A stretch of 64,000 nt of DNA. Source: Octopus vulgaris (lineage: Eukaryota). The notes under the pieces are model-generated. The model did not search any database. It saw nothing but the letters and a program-made list of their open reading frames with translations, and had not been told where the DNA came from. The stretch's first letter is position 1. Each line of letters starts with the position of its first letter. The position numbers were made by a program, and so were the translations under genes. The DNA is taken from NCBI GenBank assembly GCA_951406725.2, contig OX597815.1:114824001-114888000 (forward strand), read 5' to 3'. Positions 14,888 through 26,899 of the stretch are shown piece by piece.

Positions 14888-15015
14888 CTCTTCTCTCGCT
14901 CTCGCGCTCACTCTCGCGCTCTCTCTCTCACTTTCTCTGTCTATCTCTCTCTCTCTATCGAGCATTCGCTTTCTTGCTATATCTCTTGCTCTCTCTCACT
15001 CTGTCTCTCTCTCAC
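14888..15015. repeat. Imperfect (CT)n/(GA)n tract immediately upstream of the APPL ATG
   Basis: ctctcgctctcgcgctc...ctctctcact run in the presumptive promoter/5' UTR. Confidence 0.85.
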
Positions 15016-15489
15016 TAACAGGTACGCGTAGTACACATTCGCAGTATCACAGTATCGCAGAACGAAAAACAAATGGCATATTCAAAATTACTATGGAACC
15101 ACGAAAGTACTAACATCTCTTAGAATTTGAATTTTATTACATTTTATTTCTCAGAAATAATTTGAAGATAAATTGGAGTTGTTTTAAAATCAATGAGTCA
15201 GAATATACAGGCACTCATGCATAGGTTAATAGAGTGGGTATATCATTATTAATAAATACAATATTATATTCTCATAACAACCAATTTACCAACTGGTTTC
15301 ATACTAGGAACTGAGAAAAACTCTGGCAATCATCAGAAAAGGCCAAAAGGAATAGTATGGTATGGGCTCCAGATGTGATACTTTAACACTTCCAGTAGCA
15401 AAGCGCTCATGTCATTCTATTCTTTTTGGCTTTTCTGTTGCTTACTGAGGTTTTTCTTGACTTCTGATATAATATAATAATATATAATG

Positions 15490-17015
15490 AAATTATTGTA
15501 TACAGTGCTCAGGTGCACCACAACTTGTCAGAAAGTGCATATAAAGTACATGCAGTAATGTAGAAATGTCTGGAAAGCGAACAATGTATGAGTCAGATAC
15601 ATGCTTGTGTGTGTATGGAGGGGAGAAAATCAAGTGTAGTGTTGGCGAATCTCAGGAAGCATGGAAGTTTTGAAGGATGCAGTGCTCCGACAACTAACAA
15701 CTGATGCTGGCAGTTTGTTCCATGCTTCAGCAACTCTCAGCGTGAAAAAATGTTTCCTGAAGTCATGGGAGCTGTGCTGTTTTCTTACTTTGTAAATATG
15801 TCCACGGGTGTTAGATGGGTGGAGTTTGAAAAGGTGCTCAGAGTTATTGTTTGTACGATGGTTGATAATTTTATGGGTGTCTGCCAAGTCAGCTGCCAGA
15901 CGTCGGAGTTTCAAAGTGTCCATGCCCAAGGAAGTAAGGTGTTCAGGATATGGCAAATGCCTGATGGAGGGTATTCTTTTGGTTGCACGTCGCTGAACAG
16001 CTTCCAGACGATTGATATCCTGGGTAAGATAGGGGTTCCAGACCGGTGATGCAAATTCCAGGTGAGGTCTTACCATAGCTATATAAAGCCGCAGATAGAT
16101 AGCCGGAGAGCGGCTCACCAAGGATTTGGTGAGTGATGCTAAGACACCCTCAGCCTTCTTGACAATTTTAGTGATGTGTTTTGTCCAACGCAAATCACTG
16201 TCGACAATAACACCCAGGTCACGTTCACATGAAGACTTTTTGAGACTAGTGTTGTGGAGGGAGTAGGTGGACGCTGGGTTTCACCTCCCAAAATGCATGG
16301 TGGTACATTTGTCCACAGCCAGCTTGAGTTGCCAGTCCATGATCCACTGCTGCATTGTGTCCAGGTCTGCTTGCAATAGAGATCTATAGTGTACAGGATT
16401 TGACCTCTTTATTTCGAGGTACAGCTTGATGTCATCTGCATATTTCAGCACTGTGGGCATTCTTTAAGTTGGCATCTATATCATTAACATATGCAACAAA
16501 TAAAAGGGGGCCAAGAACAGATCCCTGTGGTACACCAGATGTCATCTCATAGGGCGAAGAGTGCTGTCCTAGAACTGTGACAACCTCTTTTCGGCTGAAA
16601 ATAAAGGACTTCAACCAGTTATAGAGTTTGTCTCTTACACCCAACGCAGAAAGCTTCACCATAAGTCTTTTGTGTGGCACAGAGTTAAAAGCCTTAGCAA
16701 AGTCCAGGTAAACAACATCCACCCAGAATCCGCGATCAGTGATTTGGGTAATGTCCTCAAGAAACTCGATGAGTTGATTACAGCAGCTGGAGTTAGGAAT
16801 AAATCCGAATTGTGACGGCTGGATGAGGCTGTGAGACTTCCAGAAGTTCCAGAGGGTTTCTCTGATACAGGATTCCATCAGTTTGGCGATGCAGCTAGTA
16901 AGACTGATGGGGCGATAGTTGACAGGCGATGTGCGGTCGCCTTTTTTGAACAGAGGGATGACACTGGCAGTTTTCCACTGTTCTGGAGTAACACCATTGT
17001 CAAGACAGAATTGGA
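15490..17015 (-). mobile_element. CR1-clade LINE, 5'-truncated, relatively young
   Basis: RT motifs VDVVYLDFAKAFNSVPH, SGVPQGSVLGPLLF, KYADDIKLY and C-terminal VRPHLEFASPVWNP...FFTLRVAEAWNKLP; frameshift near 16456 and TGA at 16281-16283. Confidence 0.95.
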
Positions 17016-17169
17016 AGAATAGAGAAAGTTGGCTTAGAAGAAAGTACCCACCGCGTTTGAGAAGTAAACCAATCAGTAAATTGGTTATTACGGGAATATA
17101 AAATGGTTATTAAAATACTATATTATACTCCCATAATTCCATTAAAATAATAAAAATGATAATAATAAT

Positions 17170-18530
17170 AATATGAAAAGATGGAAGAAAGCAGCCTGCA
17201 GAAGATTGCAGTTATCATCAGGAGAGACCATGGGTGAACCCAACAGTAGATATTTAGGGATTTTGGAGTTGGATGAAATTCTACACAGAGAAATGAAAGT
17301 CAAGGTCAGCGAGACGTATCAAAAAAGGGTGAAGATGGTTTTTGAAATCCAACCTGAATACCAAAAATTTGATCACCACAATGAATATCTGGGCAGTTGC
17401 AGTGGTCAGATATAGTGTGTCCATCCTCAAATGGACTAAGGAGGAAATATCAACACTGGATAGAAGGACAAGAAAGTTGATGACGCTGAATGGGGTGCTA
17501 CACTCTAAAGCAAACATAGACAGACTGTATATGAAAAGGAAGAATGGTGACAGTTTAGTATAGACAATTGTATAAGGAGTGAAAGGAGAACGCTTGCCGA
17601 GTATTTGATAAATAGTGATGAAGACCTGCTGTAATATGCCGCAAAAGATATGGGTGTAAATGCAGATGAAATGATGAGCAAGGAAGAGTTTAACCAAAGA
17701 GCTGAGGAGAAGAGAAAAGAAGTCCTTGAAATGAGAATGCATGGACAATTTGAAACGAATACAAAAGATGTTAAGGATAATACAGCATCATGGGCATGGC
17801 TTGAGTGAGGTGATTTGAAGCGTACCACTGAAAGGCTGATCATTGCTGCACAAGACCAGGCTCTCGCTACCAATTCAATGAAGTATAACATCTATAAAAC
17901 TTCTGACACCCAGAAATGCAGACTCTGTGGAAAGAGTGTGGAAAATGTGACCCACTTGGTAAGTTGATGTGAGAGCCTTGCACAAAAAAATACAAGCGCT
18001 GCCACAATAAAGTGTGTATCTTCATTGGCTCTTATGCCATAAATACCAATATGAAGTAACAGAGAACTGGTATGAGCATGTACCAAGTTAAGTTATGCAG
18101 GAAGATGGAAAAGTAATGATACTCTAGGACTATGATTTTCAGATGGATCATGTAATTGAACACCAGCAGCCAGATATTGTCATATTGATGTAGCCATACC
18201 AAATGATATGAATGTTGTGAGTAAAGAGGTCGAAAAAACTACCAAGTACTCCGAATTGAAAGTGGAAATGGCATGACTGTATGGAATGTGAGAGGGTAAT
18301 GTAAAAGTGATACCAGTGGTGATTGGAGCATTGGGCTCAATCCCATTGAAACTTCAAAACTTCCTAAGGCAACTGAAAATCCTATGCAAGATTGATGTCT
18401 TGCAAAAAGCAACCTTATTGGGTACAGCGCACATCTTAAGGAAAGTATTATCTGTCTAAGGTCCTAGTTGTGACTTGACAGATGACTAAAGACTCTGGTG
18501 CATTTTTACCTACACTGTGTTACGAAGGAA
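17170..18530 (+). mobile_element. R4/Dong-type (restriction-like endonuclease) non-LTR element, 3' part
   Basis: YLGILE, LDRRTRKLM, IIAAQDQAL, CRLC...H...C knuckle, PDIV...DVAIP...EK..KY, IPVVIGALG, ATLLGTAHILRKVL; (TAA)n on both sides. Confidence 0.9.
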
Positions 18531-18551
18531 TAATAATAATAATAATAATAA

Positions 18552-18740
18552 TCCTTGCTACTATAGGCACAAGGCTTGGATTTTTGTGGGGAGGGGACAA
18601 TTGATCACATCGAACTCAGCACTTGACTGGTACTTAATTTATCAACCTCAGTGGAATTTGAACTCAGAATGTAGCAAAAGATGAAATACTGCTAAGCATT
18701 TCACCTGGCATACTAACGATTCTGCCAGCTCATTGCCTTA
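18552..18740 (-). mobile_element. ATT-tailed tRNA-derived SINE
   Basis: Reverse complement of the 10907 family. Confidence 0.85.
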
Positions 18741-18759
18741 ATAACAACAACAACAACAT

Positions 18760-20228
18760 CATCATCATCTTCATTTAGCATCCGCTTTCCATGCTAGCAT
18801 GGGTTGGACGGTTCAACTGGGGTCTGGGAAGCCAGAAGGCTGCACCAGGCCCAGTCTGATCTGGCAATGTTTCTACGGCTGGATGTCCTTCCTAACGCCA
18901 ACCACTCCGTGAGTGTAGTGGGTGATTTTTACGTGCCACCGGCACAGGTACCAGACGAGGCTGGCAAATGGCCACGATCGGATGGTGCTTTTTACGTGCC
19001 AGGCAAGGCTGGCAACAGCCACATTCAGATGGTGCTTTTTACGTGCTACCGGCACGAGGCCAGTCGGGATGGCGCTGGCAACGGCAACGTTCGGATGGTT
19101 CTCTTACATACCACCGGCACTGGTATCACAGCTGCAATTTCCATTGATGTTGATCAATTTTGATTTTGATTTTCACTTGCCTCAACAGGTCTTCACAAGT
19201 AGAGTTTTGTGTCCCAAGAAGGAAAGGTATGCATAAGTGGACTGGCTACATCCCATGTAGAGGCCATGGGTTATGGTCTCACTTGTCCTGCCGGGTCTTC
19301 TCACGCACAGCATACTTCCAAAGGTCTCGGTCTCTAGTCATTTCCTCAGTGAGACCAAAAGTTCGAAGGTCATGCTTCACCACCTCGCCCCAGGTTTTCC
19401 TGGATCTGCCTCTTCCACGGGTTCCCTCAACCGTTAGGGTTTGGCACTTTTTCACACAACTATCTTCATCCATTCTCGCCACATGACCATACCAGCGCAA
19501 ACGTCTCTCTTGCACACCACAACTGATGCTTCTTAGCTCCAGCTTTTCTCTCGAGGTACTTACACTCTGTCGAGTATGAACACTGACATTACACATCCAT
19601 CGTAGCATACTGGCTTCATTTCTTGCAAGCTTATGCACATCCTCAGCAGTCACAGCCCATGTTTCACTGCCATGTAGCATGGCTGTTCGTACACACGCAT
19701 CATACAGTCTGCCTTTTACTCTGAGCGAGAGGCCTTTTGTCACCAGCAGAGGTAAGAGCTCTCTGAACTTTTCCCAAGCTATTCTTACTCTAGCAGTTAC
19801 ACTTTCAGCACACCCAACTTGGTCACCTAGGTAACGGAAGCTATCAACTATTTCTAGTTTTTCTCCCTGGAATGTGGCAGAAGTTGGTCTCAGAGCATTT
19901 TCAGTGTTTATTGCTCCTGAGCATCTGCCACAGACAAAAACTATCTTCCTAGTTAGCCTTCCTTTGACATTGCTGCACCTCTTACGTGTCCATAGCTTAC
20001 ACTTGGTGCATCTTATAGAATTTCTACCTACACCTTTTCTACAGATCGAGCAGGGCCATCTTCCTGAAGGCGTTTGTGATTTATCTACCTTCCTACTTAT
20101 TAGGACTTTGGTTTTAGCTAGATTGACTCTAAGGCCCTTCAATTCTAATCCTTGCTTCCACACCTGAAACTTCTCCAGTTCTGATAGTGACTCAACAATT
20201 AGAGCAAGGTCATCAGCATAGAGGAGCT
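18760..20228 (-). mobile_element. Young 5'-truncated RTE-clade LINE with 3' UTR and (GAT)n tail
   Basis: Open frame 19279-20228 from ELLYADDLAL through RYLG, MLHGSETW and RLRWYGHV to the stop; UTR with repeated ggtgctttttacgtgcc motifs. Confidence 0.95.
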
Positions 20229-20231
20229 CAA

Positions 20232-20458
20232 TCCTTTCTACTGGAAGCACAAAACCTCAAAATTTGGGGGACGGGATTAAGTCAATTACATCGACTCCAG
20301 TACATAACTGGTACTAATTTTATCGACCTCCTATGGGATGAAAGGCAAAATTGACCTTGACGGAATTCAAATGCAAAACCTAATGGCAGACAAAACACTG
20401 CTCAGCATTTCACCTGGCATGCTAACAATTCTGCCAGCTCACTGCCTTAATAATAATA

Positions 20459-20509
<51 letters not shown>

Positions 20510-20719
20510 CCTTTCTACTAAAAGCACAAGACCTGAAATTTTGGGGTAGGGAACTAGTAAATTACATTAACTCCAGTGATCAACTTGTACTTAATTTATT
20601 GACCTTAAAAGGATGAATGGCAAAGTCAACCTCAGTGGAATTTGAGCTCAGACAGTAATGACGAACAAAATTCTGCTAAATATTTTGCCCAGCATACTAA
20701 CGATTCTGTCAGCTTGCAA

Positions 20720-20722
<3 letters not shown>
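20232..20722 (-). mobile_element. Two tandem ATT-tailed SINEs separated by (AAT)n
   Basis: Copies at ~20232-20449 and ~20510-20722. Confidence 0.85.
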
Positions 20723-20781
<59 letters not shown>

Positions 20782-20784
20782 GTA

Positions 20785-21267
20785 ACACTTGACAGAGCAA
20801 AAAGTTGGTACGACCACAAACCCAAAGATATCATTGAAAACAATAATGCAAAAACTCTGTGGGATTTTATGATTCAGTGCAACCATGAGATAGAGAATAG
20901 GAAGCCATACATAGTCTTAATTGAGAAAGAAAGCAAACAATGCTGGATCATAGATATAGCATACCCAGCGACAACAAGGTATGCAATAAAGAAGAAAGAA
21001 AAGTCGACAGATATGACAGGTTAGCTTAGGAGTTTAAGCAGTTGTGGTCAATGAAAAAGGTAAGAGCCCTGGAAACAGTGAGTAAAAATATTGAGAAGTG
21101 CATGGAACAAATAGGGGTTGCAATAAGGGTGGAGCACTTGCAGAAAACAGCACTGCTTGGAACCACTTGAATACTCCAGAAGGTGCTCGAGAAAAAGGGG
21201 TGTTACCTTAGTTCACTGCTGGTGAACAGCTGACACAGTATTACATCTCCAGTGTTAGAAGCTGTGC

Positions 21268-21270
<3 letters not shown>
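20785..21270 (+). mobile_element. R4/Dong-type 3' fragment
   Basis: WDFMIQCNHEIENRKPYIVLI...WIIDIA and LQKTALLGT; (TAA)n flanks. Confidence 0.85.
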
Positions 21271-21319
<49 letters not shown>

Positions 21320-21320
<1 letters not shown>

Positions 21321-21850
21321 CCTTTTTACTATAGGCACAAGGCCTGAAATTTTGGGGGAAGGGGATAGTCAATTACAACAACCTCCAGTGTTTGACTAGT
21401 GCTTAATTTACCAACCCCAAAAGGATGAAAGGCAAAGTCAACCTCAGTAAAATTTGAACTCTGAATGTAGCAGTGGACAAAATACCACTACACATTTTTT
21501 TTTTTGGCATACTAACGATTCTGCTAGACAGGAAAAATGGTACAAACATCACTAAGATGCAGCAACAGAAGAAGAAAATGTGACAATTCTTTGGGATTTT
21601 CATATGAAGATTAATAGGAAGATCAAGGCTAATAGGCCTGACATAATTGTGAAGGATTGTAAAAAGGAAACATGCATGAGCATACCATCTGAAAAGAGTT
21701 CCAAAAAGTCAGTGAGTATAAAGACCTAATAATTGAAACTAAGAAAAAATGTGGCATTTTAAGATCTGTACAAAACTAGTGATAGTTGGTTCCTTTGCAA
21801 TAATTGAACAGGAAAGTATCCGGGCCAAATATCTGACAGGCCAAACCAGC
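21320..21850. mobile_element. ATT-tailed SINE (-, 21320-21525) followed by an R4/Dong-type fragment (+, ~21560-21850)
   Basis: SINE consensus match; ILWDFHMKINRKIKANRPDIIV motif. Confidence 0.75.
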
Positions 21851-22239
21851 AAGAGATTTGCTTGTCAGTTACTTGACCTTTACCAGCTGAGCAATGTTCC
21901 TTAGTGGCTGATAATATGTGCATCTCTGATCATGAGCAGGAGTAGTGGGGAAACATCATAGCTATGTATTGAGAGGGATTCTTCGAGGTTTGAATAATTC
22001 CCTCCTGGAAACATGGGCATTTCATTCATCCTTAAACAACCTTCATTCAGGATCCTTTAGAGTAGGATGGGTTACTCGACTACCTGGAAGATCATGCACT
22101 GTTCATCTTGATATGAGGTCACTATGTCATGCACATATGGTTATGATGCATGTACCTGGTGTACCCTTATCAGTCATATATTCTACCCCAGCTTTGATGG
22201 CACATAATGCTTCTCACTCAACAATAATAATGATATATA

Positions 22240-23103
22240 TATCATCATCATCCTCATTTAGCGTCCGTTTTCCATGCTAGCATGGGTTGGACGATTTTGA
22301 CTGAGGGCTGGCAACCAGATGGCTGCACCAGGTTCCAGTCTTGATCTGGTAGAGTTTCTACTGCTGGATGCCCTTCCTAACGCCAACCAATGTAGTGGGT
22401 GCTTTTTACATGCCACCGGCATGGGGGCCAGTCAGGTGATACTGGCAATGACCTCGCTCGAATCTTTTTACAGGTGCCAGTGAGGCGATGTTGGTAACGA
22501 TCACGCTCGAATGGTGCCCTTTTACGTGTTACAGGTACGAAAGCCAGTTGGCTGCTTTGGCAACAATCACGCTCGGATGGTGTTCTTGGCACCCTACTAG
22601 CACAGGCATAAGTGCCAGTAAGGCGACGCTGGTAACGATCATACTCGAATAGCTGCTCTGTCAACGATCACACTCGTATGGTGCTCTTTGCACCCAACTA
22701 GCACGGATGCCAGTCATTGAAATGATTTTGATTTTGATTTCACTTGCCTCAACAGGTCTTCGCAAGCAAAGTTTAGTGACCAAAGAAGGAAAAGCTATGC
22801 ATAAGCGGGCTGGTTATGCTCCTGGCATAGGCCACGGGTTATGGTTTCATCTGGCTTGCCGGGTCTTCTCAAGCACAGCATATTTCCACAAGCCTCGGTC
22901 ACTAGTCATTTCCTTGGTGAGGCCTAATGTTCGAAGGTCATGCTTCACCACTTCATCCCAGGTCTTCCTCTTCCACAGGTTCCCTCAGCCGCTAGGGTGT
23001 GGCACTTTTTCACTCAGCTATCCTCATCCATTCTCACCACATGATCATACCAGCGCAGTTGTCTCTCTTGCACACCACATCTAATGCTTCTTAATTCCAA
23101 CTT
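22240..23103 (-). mobile_element. RTE LINE 3' end, same family as 18760-20228
   Basis: High similarity to 18770-19545, with more UTR repeat units. Confidence 0.9.
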
Positions 23104-23114
23104 TATATATATAT

Positions 23115-23285
23115 ATTGGGTTGGCCGGAAAGTTTGTGCCGATTTATAGTAGCTTACCTTTCAACTTATTTTAGAACATGGTTGAGTCCATAAAATAGGA
23201 TTTGACTACACTTCCATTTAGAGCACAGTTTAAGCTATCGTTTCATGGAAGGTTTATGTTCCTATAACCAGTGTTAATTCTATAA
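23115..23285. mobile_element. Mariner-type terminal fragment
   Basis: TA+ttgggttggccggaaagtttgtgccgattt resembles a mariner TIR; no partner TIR seen. Confidence 0.5.
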
Positions 23286-23785
23286 ATTGAAGATGCAAGT
23301 CTCAGTGTTCCTGCAGGTGAGCCTTGGCTTTCAGATGTCATTCAGCAAGGGAATACAACTAACACTTTTCCAATCTTAATTGTCATGTCAACATCAATGC
23401 CACTTGTCTGGTTGATGCTGCATGTACATGAAGCTTGGCATTTCTTCAACTGAAGTGGGCTACTTTCAAATTTAATACTCAATACATGATACATGTCTAG
23501 AGTTCTATATTCTTTAATTTAAAACAGGGCATAATGATCATTTCAACTGCTGTTGGTTAAAAGGACTGGTGTACCAAGTTTGAATAAGAGTGAGTAACAT
23601 GTGTATATGTGTGTGTGTGCGCGTGTGTATTGTGGTTAAGTGCATACATGGCTGGGTAGTCGAGAAGCTTGCTTCTCAATCACGTTTCAGGCTCACACTT
23701 ACTGCATGGCACTTGAGTAAGTGTTGTAGCAAGGAAGGCTTCTATATGAATTGGAGAATAATTTATGTTACATTAATAGAAAAGG

Positions 23786-24115
23786 TGAAGGCACATGGCT
23801 CAGTGGTTAGAGCATTGGGCTCACAATCACCAGATAGTAAGTTCAATTCCAGACTGGGCTGTGTGTTGAGTTCTTGAGCAAGACACTTTATTTCATGTTA
23901 CTCCAGTTCACTCAGCTATAGAAATGAGTTGCAATGTCACTGGTGCCAAGCTGTTTCGGCCTTTGTCTTTCCCTTGGATAACATCAGTGGCATGGAGAAG
24001 GGAGGCTGGTATTCATGGGCAATTGTTGACTTTCCACAAAAAACAACCTTGCCTTAGAGGGGAACTTTGTAGGTACAATCCCATAGTCATTCATGACTGA
24101 AGGGGATTTTTACTT
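23786..24115 (+). mobile_element. tRNA-derived SINE, third family
   Basis: tggctcagtggttagagc (A box), gttcaattcc (B box), gttcttgagcaagacacttt body; second copy at 59085-59422. Confidence 0.88.
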
Positions 24116-24339
24116 TTTAATAGGAAAGGTGTTCATGCAATACAATTAATGGAAACACTCAGATGAAACTGAAGTATGACATGTACAGAATGTCATAGTC
24201 AGAAACTCAACGTTTGGGATAATTTTTACATAGCAAATACATATTCAGGTGCTGTGGTGTGTCTTCTTCGATTATTTCAGGTTAAATATGCAGCTATGAA
24301 AACAGCTATTAGGAGAGTGTACACCAACTTTATCAAACA

Positions 24340-24378
<39 letters not shown>

Positions 24379-25109
24379 AAGGGAGAGAGAGAGAGAGGGA
24401 GAGAGAGAGTGTGCATCAGGGGGTAGAGAGTAATTAGAATTTTTTGTTCTCCCAGTATTGTTGATTAAGACAAGACGGTGAGAGACTACATATTCAATTC
24501 AAGAATGATATCAATGGAAGCAATAACAATAATATTAAAGAAATTAAGGCAGTATTTTTATGGCTATAACAATCTTGATGATTCTTGTATTTTGGAAGTG
24601 ATTTCTGTAATAAAACAAAATTCCTCGCCAGCTATCAAATAAAACAATACTACTTGCTGATTGACTGAAGTGAAAGTAATATTTTAAACTTAAAAGATCG
24701 CCGGTAGAAAATAATATCTATATGGTATTCATTAGTCAACAGCGCAATATCTTAAAAGTCTCTTTTTTTTACCTATAGCTTTCCATTAAAAAAACGAACG
24801 GCACAAAACAAACAAAAATGAATAAATAAAAGAAAACTAATAGTCAAGAAATAAGTAAAACGTAAAAATGGATAATTAAAATAAAAACAACTCTAATATA
24901 AGCCTCAGATTCTTGAAGCAGTATTTTTTAAACCGATAGCCATCCATACGTTTACTTCCATACGTATAGGCAGTATTGATATTATTTTGGGTTGATTAAT
25001 AAAATCATTCAAAATTTATCTTTAATTTATATTTAAAATTAATATGAAATTTCACTGAAATGATTTTGAAATTTTAAAAAAATAAGCGAAGTTGAATTTT
25101 ATCATAGAA

Positions 25110-25185
25110 AAGTCGATTCATTCTTGCATTTTCTGCTGTATTGTAATTTCCGGTGAATCTACTTTTCATTTAGAAAAACGCCAAC
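25110..25185 (+). promoter_or_regulatory. Candidate PSMD6 core promoter/5' UTR
   Basis: Inr-like TCATTC (25118-25123) and ETS-like TTCCGG (25148-25153) just upstream of the ATG; short motifs only. Confidence 0.35.
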
Positions 25186-25330
25186 ATGCCGCAAGAAAAT
25201 TTAGAAGAAGAAGGATTACCTAAAAATCCAGACCTTCAACTTGCTCAATCAGTATTTCTATTGAGTACCAAAAAATATAAAAATGACGCGTCAATCGCCA
25301 AAAAAATTATGGATAAAGTTAAAGAAGACA
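25186..25330 (+). CDS. PSMD6: 26S proteasome non-ATPase regulatory subunit 6 (Rpn7), exon 1
   Basis: MPQENLEEEGLPKNPDLQLAQ...KVKED, 145 nt, donor A|gtaagt (phase 1). Confidence 0.96.
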
Positions 25331-26899
25331 GTAAGTGTTTTGAGATGAATGATTCGGCCTTGTACGTTGACTAAGCTCACATGCATGTACTACTAAAATC
25401 TTTGTTTTAATATTGTGTAAATATACATACACATATATATTTTATATATGTATATATAGGCATATGTGTGTATATAATGGCATTTTAATTCAAAATATTG
25501 AAAGTATTGAGACACCAACAGTATGAGTTCTAAGTTTACACGGGTTTGAAAACTGCTTCATCATTCTTACACATTTTTACCGGATAATTTCTGCTTTATT
25601 ATTTTACGATTTTTGCTTTCATCTTATTTTGTTATGAAAGTTTTTTTTTTAAATTTTACATTTGATTTCTATTTTACTTCTACAAGGCAAACTTATTTCT
25701 TTGTCAGTGGTAATAGCCATTCTTCAGTAGTGTTCAGTACAATAGTGCCGAAGATCGGCACTCTTCTGTATCTTTAACAAGCTTGAAGCACCTTTCTGAA
25801 AATAGTTGTTTTCATTCCCAAGGCAACTCTGAACTAGTAGTCATTTGATGAAAGGTACTCCAGTTATGAACATCCAGTCTTTTCCCTCCATAGTATATTA
25901 TTTAACGTATATATATATTTAAGACAACAATGTATGATTTAAAGAAAATATGGCTGCTATTTCTACTAGATTGAGTGACCAATTAGAGCTCCTTCATTGG
26001 CTTGTTGAAAATGGTTTTCATAATGGCTGTAAATCTAATAGTTTTTTATCATTAATTTCGTTCCAAAAGCATATTTTTTTATAATTTAGGTATATCCCAA
26101 GTTTCTTAGACTAGTTTATAGGAAATAGTTTCTAATTCTTCCTAGTCTCAAGAACAGAAAGGACACATCGGATAATGTGGTCCTTAATACCTGTACAATT
26201 ACAACAATAAACACTATAATTATTTCTTGACAGAGGTACAGTGTTCAAGTGGAAATGCTGGACAAAATGCCTTAGTCTTAGTAGAGATATTTGTATTTCC
26301 TATATTTCCTTTTAATAGACTGGGTTAATCCATTGGTGGTGTTGGTGATGAAGATTGTAATTCATTCAGGTGCGAAACTGCATTAGCCCCCATTTAACAT
26401 CACAAAATCCAGAATTAATGTTTTCGCTCAAATATATTGTGCTTTTTCATTTGAAAGGCATCACTTATCAGTAAGACTATTTTCTAATAAAAGACTTTTT
26501 GAGCTTGTGAGCCGAATCAATAACCTGAACTTATTTTCAAGAACCCTGCATTGTTATTTTGTATATGGATAGATCATTACCATCATCATTTAAGCACCCA
26601 CTTTTCCTTGCTTACATGGGCCGGATATCCTCCTGTCGTCAACCCTCACCTGTTTCCAAACAAGGTAATATTTCTTCATGGCCGGACATGTTTTCATGGA
26701 AGATTGAAAATGATTGACACTATTTGTATGAGTGACACTCATTTACAACATTCACACGATGTCAAGACAATCGTCATAGAAATGTCTTTGACCATAAGTT
26801 TACTTGATCAAGAGAAGTGGGCCCCAAAACTGCACGCACTGTCTCCTGATGACCCTATACACTTGTTGGGTTCACGTATGCGGAGTTCTCGACTGGTAG

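Noticed and set aside
22395-22710. Repeat-spacer pattern resembling a CRISPR array (also 7955-8170, 35180-35400)
   Set aside because: Repeats are degenerate, linkers resemble each other, the array lies in an RTE 3' UTR in animal DNA, and there are no cas genes.
23786-23860. tRNA-like sequence with A and B boxes
   Set aside because: It is a SINE head: continues into a ~330-bp body repeated at 59085, with no proper acceptor stem or terminator.
26341-26392. Possible further hammerhead (gtgatga...gaaactgcatta)
   Set aside because: Core lacks C3 and stems I and II pair poorly; may be a decayed Penelope end but cannot be supported.
26843-26885. ctgatga followed by a ccc/ggg stem
   Set aside because: No GAAA after the stem, so not a hammerhead.
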